This document shows positions 49,560-57,830 of a DNA stretch of 64,000 bases, in pieces. Origin of the DNA: a virus (Duplodnaviria; Caudoviricetes); IMG/VR virus record IMGVR_UViG_2576861453_000002. One strand, 5' to 3'. The translations under genes and the position numbers were made by a program. Each line of letters starts with the position of its first letter. The stretch's first letter is position 1. The notes below the pieces were generated by a model. The model made no database searches, was not told the DNA's origin, and saw only the letters and a program-made list of their open reading frames with translations.

Positions 49560-50438
49560 TTACTCCCTGGCCCAACTGGGCATTTGAGTAGAGCCGTAGT
49601 CTTTGGCGTTGAAATTCTCGGTCATGGTGCGATGTTGCACGGGCTTTGCGGCTTGTTTGGGCTCAAACAGCCCTGTCCAGCCGTTTGCAATACTCTGGTT
49701 TATTACGTCCTCCGGCGTTGCACCTTTGCTTCGGCTCCGGTCCAGCACGTTAATTGCCTGTGTAACCGTCTGCTGGGACTTGATGGCCTTTTTGATGTCT
49801 TTCCGATAGCAAACCCATGATTGCCATGTCTGCCGCGATAGCCACTCAGGTAGCGTCACCTGCATCGGATCGAATTTGCTTGATGGCTGTTTTTTCTCAG
49901 CCTCTGAATTTATAGCCTGGGGGATTATAGGGGGATTAATATTGTCTTTATTGTCTTTTGTATGTTTGTCTTTTGTGTTTAACGGATTCCGTAAAGGGTC
50001 GATTACAGATTCCGTAAAACTTTTCTTTACGGATTGCGTAAAGGTTGACGGATTACGTAAAGGTTTACAGATTCCGTTAATCTTCGTCAGCCAGCCTGAT
50101 ATTTCCTTGTTAACGCCCGTTTGCCTACCTTCTGCCCGAATGACATTAAGCTTGATCAATTCATTTCTGGTCGTGCTACAACGCGTCTCAGGGATGCCTG
50201 TAAGCTCGGACAATTGGCTGTTGCTTATCCAGTCTGATTTCCTGTTGTACCCGTACGTTTTACGAATGACTGCCAAAGCAATAAGTAACTGGTTCTGGGT
50301 CAAGCCAGATAGCATTACCGCTTCAAGAAGCTCGTTAGCGATACGGGTGTACCCATCATCGGTATCGACCACGCGGCGCTCCACGGCCCGCAAGTCGGGC
50401 CTGATTGGGATGACTATGTTTTCTGCGAGGCTACCCAT
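49560..50438 (-). CDS. replication initiator O
   Basis: DDGYTRIANELLEA…RKTYGYN; SIANGWTGLF. Confidence 0.92.
   Translation of the reverse strand: MGSLAENIVIPIRPDLRAVERRVVDTDDGYTRIANELLEAVMLSGLTQNQLLIALAVIRKTYGYNRKSDWISNSQLSELTGIPETRCSTTRNELIKLNVIRAEGRQTGVNKEISGWLTKINGICKPLRNPSTFTQSVKKSFTESVIDPLRNPLNTKDKHTKDNKDNINPPIIPQAINSEAEKKQPSSKFDPMQVTLPEWLSRQTWQSWVCYRKDIKKAIKSQQTVTQAINVLDRSRSKGATPEDVINQSIANGWTGLFEPKQAAKPVQHRTMTENFNAKDYGSTQMPSWARE
49981..50080. repeat. replication origin iterons within O
   Basis: Five copies of ACRGATTNCGTWAA next to an AT-rich tract. Confidence 0.85.
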
Positions 50439-50489
50439 AGATACCCCCGACACTGTTTACAAAAACAGTTGTTTGCATGTATAATTACC

Positions 50490-50786
50490 TCAGAAATCGA
50501 TAGAAAATTGTTGTACTGAATCCCTGGTTGCCGCCGGGGATTTTTTCTTTGTGAGCACCCTTGCAACCTGCTTAGCCAGCCGCGCTAAGTCCTCGTCCTC
50601 TACTCCGTAATTCAAAATGGCCAGAGCCATGCTCATGGTTTCAAGCATCCCATTTTTCCATCGGCTGACCTGGGATTCATGAACCCCCATTGCTTCAGCA
50701 AACCGACGCTGGCCCATCACGGAAATCTTGTTCAGCAATGACGAGTGGATCCTCATTGCCGTCTTGCGTGTACTTGCAATATCCAT
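50490..50786 (-). CDS. cII: CII transcriptional activator
   Basis: LLNKI…GQ…A…GVHESQVSRWK. Confidence 0.9.
   Translation of the reverse strand: MDIASTRKTAMRIHSSLLNKISVMGQRRFAEAMGVHESQVSRWKNGMLETMSMALAILNYGVEDEDLARLAKQVARVLTKKKSPAATRDSVQQFSIDF
50764..50777 (+). promoter_or_regulatory. CII-binding site of pRE
   Basis: TTGC-N6-TTGC in the 5' part of cII, as in lambda. Confidence 0.7.
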
Positions 50787-50930
50787 CTGTGATACTTCTC
50801 CTATCGAACTGAATCGATTGTTAAAATTACGGGTTCTTTGTTTGTTCATCCGACTTTTAGCCGTCCTGGCTGATCCTCGGGGCCGCCGTATACCGGGCGT
50901 TCGGTTGAAGCGGTGGCGCCGAAGCGCCGG

Positions 50931-51146
50931 TTATGCTGCGTTCTGTTTAGGGGGGAAAACGTCGTCTAATTGGACGGTTGCCCCAAGATTATTTAATGCG
51001 TTAACCAGTTGGCGGCACGTACTTAAATCAGGAGTTCGGCGACCAGATTCGTAATGGCCGATCGCTCCCTGCGTGCATCCAACCAGATCAGCAAGTACGG
51101 ATTGAGAGACCGGAATTGCCTCCCGAATCTTGCGTAAGTTGCTCAT
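50931..51146 (-). CDS. Cro-like repressor
   Basis: HTH SQSVLADLVGCTQGAIGHYESGRR; divergent from cI. Confidence 0.88.
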   Translation of the reverse strand: MSNLRKIREAIPVSQSVLADLVGCTQGAIGHYESGRRTPDLSTCRQLVNALNNLGATVQLDDVFPPKQNAA

Positions 51147-51178
51147 ATGCGACTCCATGAATGGCTGGTAATTACGAT

Positions 51179-51252
51179 AATACATATTGTACTTAACAAC
51201 TGCAAATGATTAATACGTTTTGTACGTTGCGAGTTTTAATACATTGCGTAAT
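51179..51252. promoter_or_regulatory. OR operators (three sites)
   Basis: AATAC-N5-GTA sites at 51179, 51212 and 51238 between cro and cI. Confidence 0.75.
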
Positions 51253-51261
51253 ATTTTGGGC

Positions 51262-51930
51262 ATGAAAATGAAATGGACTGACTTAGCCAAAGACAAGATG
51301 AGGGAATTAGGCATCTCACAAGAGAAGCTTGGGGAACTCATTGGCAAAACCCAGGGCGCCGTCGGGCACTGGCTGAATGGCCGACGCGAGCCAAGCATTG
51401 ATGACATCGCCCAAATCATGAAGGCGCTTAAGATGCCAGAAATGGTACTTTTGTCGGATGGCTACGTGAGGTCTATAGGCGACGAGGAAGGCGACAACGT
51501 TTCTTACGTAGGGCCTTTTACGCCTACAAAAAAACTCCCCTTAATCAGTTGGGTTAGCGCCGGGCAGTGGAGTGAGGCGCTGGAGCCGTACAAGATCGAT
51601 GACATTGAAGAGTGGCCTGAAACAACCGTGCATTGTAGTGATGGTTCGTTTTGGCTGAAGGTGCGTGGGGACTCGATGACGTCGCCAACAGGATTGAGTA
51701 TCCCGGAGGGAATGATCATCCTGATTGACCCGGAGGTTGAACCTAGCAACGGTAAACTTGTTGTGGCTAAACTTGAAAACGAGAACGAAGCCACCTTTAA
51801 ACGTTACGTCACCGACGCCGGGCAAAAATATCTGAAACCATTAAACCCGCAGTACGCGATGATTCAGATTAACGGCAATTGCACCATTATCGGTGTGGTA
51901 GTCGATGCCAAAGTTGACAACCTTCCGTAG
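51262..51930 (+). CDS. cI: CI repressor (HTH + S24 peptidase)
   Basis: HTH, VSAG cleavage site, GDSM Ser and TFKR Lys. Confidence 0.95.
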   Translation: MKMKWTDLAKDKMRELGISQEKLGELIGKTQGAVGHWLNGRREPSIDDIAQIMKALKMPEMVLLSDGYVRSIGDEEGDNVSYVGPFTPTKKLPLISWVSAGQWSEALEPYKIDDIEEWPETTVHCSDGSFWLKVRGDSMTSPTGLSIPEGMIILIDPEVEPSNGKLVVAKLENENEATFKRYVTDAGQKYLKPLNPQYAMIQINGNCTIIGVVVDAKVDNLP

Positions 51931-52263
51931 AGATAGCCCCGCCCGTGTGTTCTGGTACTCAGTGTTGGTTTGATGCTTTCCTAGCAGTCTATGTGTGCCT
52001 ATCCAAGGGAGCATAATTACTCTTAATCTAAGCCATGCACATGCATGCACGTGAGATAGGCTCAGTGGCCGGAGGAGACCTTCAACTGAGGGGGGCGAGG
52101 TAACATCTTGAACTGATTAATCTTATAGTTCTGCAATATCGCCTCACATGTGTTATGATTGTAATCAATAAAATCGCTGTATTTTTAACCAGTACATTTC
52201 TGAAAATCTTGTGTTTTTAGAATCGGATTGATTGTCTAAAGTTAACCTCAAAGGAGGCGCATC

Positions 52264-52887
52264 ATGGCTTACTCCGCTATCGCAGTAGCTAATGCCTTCA
52301 TTGACAAGGCAAATCAAGAAGGAATTTCTGACCTTTCACAAATGAAGTTGCAGAAACTGGTTTTCTTCGCACAATCATGGTCTTTAAGACTTTATGAAAA
52401 ACCGATTACAGAAGATTTCTTTGCGAAATGGACCTTTGGACCAGTGATACCCTCACTCTACCACGCAACAAAACAATATGGCAGCGAGCATATTTCATCA
52501 TTGATAAGTACACTAGAGTTCTCGAGTGGGGGCATGCCTGAGACAGTAACCCCTACCATTCCTGATCCAACCGCAGAATTAATATGCTTGATTGACAATA
52601 TATTAAAGGTTTACGGTCATATGACTGCGGCGGCTCTTTCCAGGCTTACCCATTTACCTGGATCTGCATGGTCTCGAGCTGGCGAAGAAGAAGCTGTACT
52701 TGATAATCAATTACTTAAAGAATGCATTGTCATTGAAGAGGGAAGATTCATGTCCTGTGCAGAATTTCCCTACAACTATGATTTATCTAGGATAGAAAAA
52801 GCACTATCAGATGACTTTATAACTGTTCCAGAGGGATTGGAAACGCTTGATGACTTCACTACTTGGCTTCGCGAGGCTGTCAAGTAA
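52264..52887 (+). CDS. Panacea-domain (DUF4065) antitoxin
   Basis: AVANAF…MKLQKLVFFAQ…WTFGPVIPSLY…LTH…W. Confidence 0.88.
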   Translation: MAYSAIAVANAFIDKANQEGISDLSQMKLQKLVFFAQSWSLRLYEKPITEDFFAKWTFGPVIPSLYHATKQYGSEHISSLISTLEFSSGGMPETVTPTIPDPTAELICLIDNILKVYGHMTAAALSRLTHLPGSAWSRAGEEEAVLDNQLLKECIVIEEGRFMSCAEFPYNYDLSRIEKALSDDFITVPEGLETLDDFTTWLREAVK

Positions 52888-53264
52888 TGAAGGTTGAGAT
52901 TGGTAAGCTTTTTGGAAGGGAATTGCTCAATTTCCCTCCCAGCGATCAGCTTAAGATCAAGAACTTTATCAAACATGTACAAGCTCATGGTTTAAATAAC
53001 CTTGAGGGAAGGAACAAAAATTCTGACAACGTTCCTACTGATGACAAAGATTTTGTCAAAAAAGTTAAATTAGCTCAAGCACACCGCTTATGGCATTACC
53101 ACATTGGTATAGTCGATTATGATATGACAAAGTCTTTTGGTGATAGAACTTCTGAATATGTTCTTCACTATAAAAATGAGCTAAGTCCAGGTGAGTTGCG
53201 GATTATTGATTTCTCAACTCATCCACCATTCAGGCCCCCTACCCCCCCATACTTAGAAGAATAA
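52887..53264 (+). CDS. putative RelE-fold toxin paired with Panacea
   Basis: TAATG coupling; GRNK.S…LWHYHIG…YVLHY…HPPF. Confidence 0.65.
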   Translation: MKVEIGKLFGRELLNFPPSDQLKIKNFIKHVQAHGLNNLEGRNKNSDNVPTDDKDFVKKVKLAQAHRLWHYHIGIVDYDMTKSFGDRTSEYVLHYKNELSPGELRIIDFSTHPPFRPPTPPYLEE

Positions 53265-53535
53265 CCCGGCCCCGCACCGGGTTTTTTTATGCCTGTCATC
53301 CTGCCGTAACCTCTATTGATAAAAATATGGAGATCCGCTACTGTACTGATGTCTAGGCAGTACGGTTGCGGGTGTCCTAAATTCCCCAATCTGAGCCCGC
53401 GCTCGCGGGCTTTTTTATGCACTCGGTGCGCGATTTAGCACACCGAACCGGCATCCCTACTCCGCTATGATGCCCACCTAACTACAAGAGAATCACGATC
53501 CCTCTGCCCGCGTCGTCCATGCCGCGGGCTTTTTT
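53263..53535 (+). terminator. three tandem intrinsic terminators
   Basis: GC hairpins with T-tracts at ~53263-53288, 53393-53416 and 53506-53535. Confidence 0.7.
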
Positions 53536-53635
53536 GTGCCTGAAATCCGCCAATCCCCTCCCCGGTCGGTCGGTCGGTCTGTCAAAAACTTTAAACCCTC
53601 ACTATTCAAATACATATCGTTTTATAATCATCTTT

Positions 53636-53677
53636 AGTACGAATTGTATTGACTGCATTTAGTACATTTTGTATTGT
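53636..53677 (+). promoter_or_regulatory. pL promoter with two OL operators
   Basis: AGTAC-N5-GTATT at 53636 and 53661; TTGACT-17 bp-TATTGT. Confidence 0.8.
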
Positions 53678-53979
53678 TTACCCATCGGCAGGGAACACGC
53701 CGCCACGGAGCACCACCCGGCAGGACGCCGACAGGAGCAGCAAGCACATTCCCGTATGTGGAGACAGTCGGTAAGAATTACCGGCATAAACGGAGATAGT
53801 CTGACGGTGGACAATAAACGTAGCCGGGCTTGAAGCGAGGGTGGAACCCTTCCGACGAACAGGGCGGAGTGACCAGGACACGGAATGTCCGATTGCGGTC
53901 ATCAAATCAAGCACAAGAAAATTTATACAGCATCCTGATTTTAGGATGCTGAATTAAATCTTCTTACCTGGAGGTTCAG

Positions 53980-54228
53980 ATGAAAAACGAAATAGCTTGC
54001 CCGGTGTGTGGACGGATGTTCAGCCCGAAGACACCGTATACGCACATCCAGCAGCACCACAAGGGCGCGAAGGATTCCGAGCTGGCAAAGATACGGGATG
54101 CTCGCCGCAAATGCTTTGACGAAGTTCCAGAGCGTAAGAAGGGGGATCGGCGCTGTCTCCCGGAAGTAGCGCTCTACAGAGCGGGTTATCGAAGCGTACG
54201 CGAAGAAGCGACGCATATTGTGAAGTGA
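53980..54228 (+). CDS. N-like antiterminator candidate with a C2H2 zinc finger
   Basis: First pL gene; CPVC…H…HH N-terminus; CLPEVALYRAGYR C-terminus as in P22-type N. Confidence 0.6.
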   Translation: MKNEIACPVCGRMFSPKTPYTHIQQHHKGAKDSELAKIRDARRKCFDEVPERKKGDRRCLPEVALYRAGYRSVREEATHIVK

Positions 54229-54235
54229 GCGAAAC

Positions 54236-54727
54236 ATGAGCAAACGGCTTGAGATTTTGAAAGCCTCTCTCGCGAAGAAAGAGGCGCGATTTGATGAGCG
54301 ATTGCAGAACCACTTTGACACTGTAGCCCAGGCAAATGGACAGCCACTTAATGACAAGCGCAATGGACGCGCAACGCTGCAAAAGTGGAATGAGCAGGGC
54401 GATGGCCTGAGGACGCTACAGGACAGTATAAAGCGCACAACGGATGCTATCGATCGCGAAGAAACCATGATTGCCAAGGTCGGCATGGTTGACCTGCCGG
54501 CCTACCTTCAGCAAGCGATTGTCGATGGACTGATAACTCAATGGCGCAAGTTCCCCCGATTCTTTTTTGTGACAGGCGTGAAGCATGGCCGCATTGTTTT
54601 AGACAATAAAACCGGGGCCATTGCTCATCGATATCTGAGCAAGGTCACAAAAGATGAATATCCAACCTTTCGAGATGTATTTAACAAGCTGAACCAGCAA
54701 TGCCGGGAATCATCAAAGGCTGCTTAG
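54236..54727 (+). CDS. hypothetical phage protein
   Basis: 163 aa; ANGQPLNDKRNG. Confidence 0.7.
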   Translation: MSKRLEILKASLAKKEARFDERLQNHFDTVAQANGQPLNDKRNGRATLQKWNEQGDGLRTLQDSIKRTTDAIDREETMIAKVGMVDLPAYLQQAIVDGLITQWRKFPRFFFVTGVKHGRIVLDNKTGAIAHRYLSKVTKDEYPTFRDVFNKLNQQCRESSKAA

Positions 54728-54763
54728 CGGCCTTTTTTATTGGCTAAATTCAGGATTAACAAT

Positions 54764-55147
54764 ATGAACACAGCAGACCTGAAAAAGATTTTAGATGATC
54801 ACAAAGTATGGGTAGAAAGCTTATATCTGTCAGGATCAAGAGCGAACCTGTGCGGTGCCAACCTGTGCGATGCAAACCTGTGCGGTGCCGACCTGCCAGA
54901 AAAAACCTTCGTAAGGATGGGTGGGGCTTATCCAGTGTTCATAACAAACGGTGAATACGTCCGGGCAGGATGCCAGAACCACACTGTCGATAAATGGCGC
55001 AGGTTCACCAAAAAGGACATTGCCGATATGGATGGACGTAAAGCGCTGCGTTTCTATCCGATACTGCTGGATATTATTGATTTTCATCTCGGCAAAGGCG
55101 ATCGGCCGGAATGGCTTAGCGAGCCTGATTCGGAAGAGGCTGCCTAA
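54764..55147 (+). CDS. short pentapeptide-repeat protein
   Basis: ANLCG ANLCD ANLCG ADL from a 15-bp tandem repeat; GCQNH…W C-terminal domain. Confidence 0.8.
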   Translation: MNTADLKKILDDHKVWVESLYLSGSRANLCGANLCDANLCGADLPEKTFVRMGGAYPVFITNGEYVRAGCQNHTVDKWRRFTKKDIADMDGRKALRFYPILLDIIDFHLGKGDRPEWLSEPDSEEAA

Positions 55148-55209
55148 CCCACAGCTTTTTTATTACCTGTTAACCCATCGTGGACGCAGCAAAACTTATA
55201 GAGGTGAGT

Positions 55210-55942
55210 ATGGGCAATCTAGGTTATTTCGAGGGTGACACGTGCGCCCGAGATGGTTGCGAGGGAGTTATCGAGCTGGAAGAGGTAGAGAATTGCAGTT
55301 GCCATTTGTATGCACCCTGCTGGCGTCACGAAAATGCAGATATGTGGTGTCCCGAGTGCGGTTGGCAAGCATCTAAAGACCCCCTTTGCGTTCGCGAAAT
55401 ATCAACAATCAGTTTAGGTGGCCCACTTCCATTAATCGAAACGCGGCGCCGCGTTCTTGACCCAACAAAAATCGACTGGATCACAAAAATGCATAGTAGC
55501 AGCTCGATGATTAAAGAAGGCGTCTATCCAGAGTATCTGACAAGGCAAGAAGTCGAAAAAGAGGTGCGCGGAACTTTCGGAGGTCGATTCGAGTATTTTG
55601 GAGACGGCAAGTTTAAGTACATTGCATACACAGACTAGCCCGCCCCGAGCGGGTATATTTTTGCCAGTAGCTCGGTAATGCCGGACAAATGGCGGCTTTA
55701 TACGCATGACAAAAGGAGATGATATGAGCAAAGAAACAGGTGGACAGGCGTTTCCCGTGCAGGGATATGAAGGCGTGACCATACGCGATTATTTTGCAAA
55801 AGAGGCTCTTGGATTGTGTTATGCCCAATACCTTAATTACGCCGAAGTTGAGGGTTTTCACGAAGATTGGCGCACGGGTGTAGCAATTGACGCTTACATG
55901 ATGGCTGATGCAATGCTCGCCGCCCGGGCCAGTAACAGCTGA
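55210..55942 (+). other. two early-left hypothetical ORFs (Cys-rich 55210-55638; 55706-55942)
   Basis: CSCH…PC…CPECG motif; AFP…RDYFA…ADAML motif common in phage early genes. Confidence 0.65.
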
Positions 55943-56096
55943 CAGGAGGACGTGTGCCTAAGACCTATTCAACAACATAGAATTAACGAATGATAGCAAA
56001 AGAAAAAAAACAAAAGTGCTCGCATGCTGGAATACGAGCACTGAAAATCAACTAATCGCTCCGTGTGAATATTATCAACACGGAAGACCTATCGAT

Positions 56097-56465
56097 TTAA
56101 ACAAACTGCAGAGAATGTGTGAATTTAATCGTTTGCTTACCTTCAAGTTCCGCTGTCAATTGTTTTCCATTTTCAATTGGCACAGATATATCTTGAATAG
56201 TGATCTCTTTCGAGTCTGGGTCGAAATATAAGGTTATGGTTCCAGCGAGAACACCTTCCAAACTACCTGTACGAACTAACTTAAGTTCACAGACATGCCT
56301 TGAAGAGAGCTCCTTAGAAGCAAACGTATGTTTTTGCAATGGTTCATTAACAGTTGTCGCAGGTATAGCTTTACTGCCTACAGTCTGACTATGGAAGTTT
56401 AATGCAAGCTGGTTTGGCTTTGCGCTTACATTATCGATAGCATATATAGTTAATTCATAGTTCAT
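56097..56465 (-). CDS. AT-rich moron, hypothetical beta-rich protein
   Basis: 122 aa, antisense to the pL operon, own RBS. Confidence 0.65.
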   Translation of the reverse strand: MNYELTIYAIDNVSAKPNQLALNFHSQTVGSKAIPATTVNEPLQKHTFASKELSSRHVCELKLVRTGSLEGVLAGTITLYFDPDSKEITIQDISVPIENGKQLTAELEGKQTIKFTHSLQFV

Positions 56466-56740
56466 GATTTACCCTTAATATAAATATAATGAATGTTGAA
56501 CTAATACACGATGCCGGGGCTAAATTCCGCTCGGCATGACGACATTAACATTTAGACCATATGTAATGACAATAAATAAGGGTTGTGCCATACATGGCCG
56601 AAAAGTAATTTAAAACTTTAATGCATACCGAATCATGCAGTTTTTAATAAAATTCTCACTTATAATTTTACTTAATTATTATTTATTTTAATAAAACCTG
56701 CCGACCCATATACATAAACAAATATTAAAGGAGTCAATCT

Positions 56741-56875
56741 ATGCAACAGTACGCCGTTGCAGGGTGGCCTGTTGCTGGCCTCCCTGAATCACAATTATCC
56801 CGCGTTGCCGACAGAATTCGCGAAGTATGTAGGAAAATAATTGAATTACTAAACCAGCCGGGCAACCCGCTATGA
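56741..56875 (+). CDS. cIII: CIII (FtsH inhibitor)
   Basis: MQQYAVAGWPVAGLPESQLSRVADRIREVCRKIIELLNQPG, close to lambda CIII; AAGGAG RBS. Confidence 0.9.
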   Translation: MQQYAVAGWPVAGLPESQLSRVADRIREVCRKIIELLNQPGNPL

Positions 56876-56982
56876 ATTATGTAATCAAACTCACCCGAGC
56901 GCTAGCCCATGAAGCTACCAGACTTAGCGACAGCGAATTATGGGTTATTAGCCACCAACTGTTTAAGCAAGTGAGGCCGTAA
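56872..56982 (+). CDS. Kil-like small protein
   Basis: 36-aa ORF overlapping the cIII stop (ATGA), the kil position. Confidence 0.5.
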   Translation: MNYVIKLTRALAHEATRLSDSELWVISHQLFKQVRP

Positions 56983-57201
56983 TGGTAATGTATGATGATT
57001 CAATAGAATACCCTAATACCATCCGTGTAGCTAAAGAATGGCGGAGATATTGTTTGATTAAGGCATTGGAGAGCAGAAGGCTAGGTTTGCGAGAAGCAAA
57101 AAAGGAATCTCTGTATTGTGCCAATATTGCAAAACTTAACCTGCGCTATTTCCTCCCAACGGGCAACGAACCATTTTAATATAGCTACTAAGGGTACAAC
57201 C

Positions 57202-57822
57202 ATGCTAGATTCAAAAGCTGTTTATAAAGCAATAAGCAATGTTGCTCGCGAGCTGGCGGCTGCCGGCATCAAAAAGGGAAGCCAGAACAAACAACAGGGG
57301 TTTATGTTTCGAGGTATAGATGCAGTTTATAATGCACTGGCTCCTGCGCTTGTTACTAACGGGCTGTTGATCTTACCTCGCATCGTCGAGAGAAGCTTAT
57401 TAGAGCGCACAAGTCAAAAAGGTGCTGCTCTTTTTTATGTGACTGTAAAGGCAGAGTTTGACTTTGTCTCTACAGAGGACGGTTCTATCCACACTGTAAC
57501 TACATATGGTGAGGCTATGGATAGCGGCGATAAAGCAACAAATAAGGCAATGTCTATTGCATATAAATATGCCGCTTTTCAGGCATTTTGTATTCCAACT
57601 GAAGAAACCGCAATTGATGCGGATGCAGAGTCCCACCAAGTCAAAACAACTTCACCAGATGAAATACTGAAAAATTTTACTGACATGGCCTCTAATGCAC
57701 CAATGGCAGATTTGAAACGGGAGTTTGCTAAAGCGTATAAGGCTCTTCATGAAACCCCTCAACAAGCCATTGCCAAAGATGTTTACGACATCCGCAAGTC
57801 TGAATTAGAGCAGCCCGCGTAG
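57202..57822 (+). CDS. ERF-family single-strand annealing protein
   Basis: FRGIDAVYNAL…GEAMDSGDKATNKAMS.AYKYA…F.IPT. Confidence 0.88.
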   Translation: MLDSKAVYKAISNVARELAAAGIKKGSQNKQQGFMFRGIDAVYNALAPALVTNGLLILPRIVERSLLERTSQKGAALFYVTVKAEFDFVSTEDGSIHTVTTYGEAMDSGDKATNKAMSIAYKYAAFQAFCIPTEETAIDADAESHQVKTTSPDEILKNFTDMASNAPMADLKREFAKAYKALHETPQQAIAKDVYDIRKSELEQPA

Positions 57823-57830
57823 GAGTGCAT

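Noticed and set aside
49981-50080. CRISPR-like spaced repeats
   Set aside because: 14-bp units with very short spacers inside the O gene and no cas genes; these are origin iterons.
9246-50484. Long antisense ORFs in the track (e.g. 9246-9797, 33057-33575, 49876-50484)
   Set aside because: They are shadows of well-supported opposite-strand genes, with no motifs or RBS.
53563-53579. (GGTC)4 microsatellite upstream of pL
   Set aside because: Too short and intergenic; no evidence of a phase-variation role.
54764-55147. Qnr-like quinolone resistance protein
   Set aside because: Only about four pentapeptides; Qnr proteins need a long array. The context is a common phage early gene.
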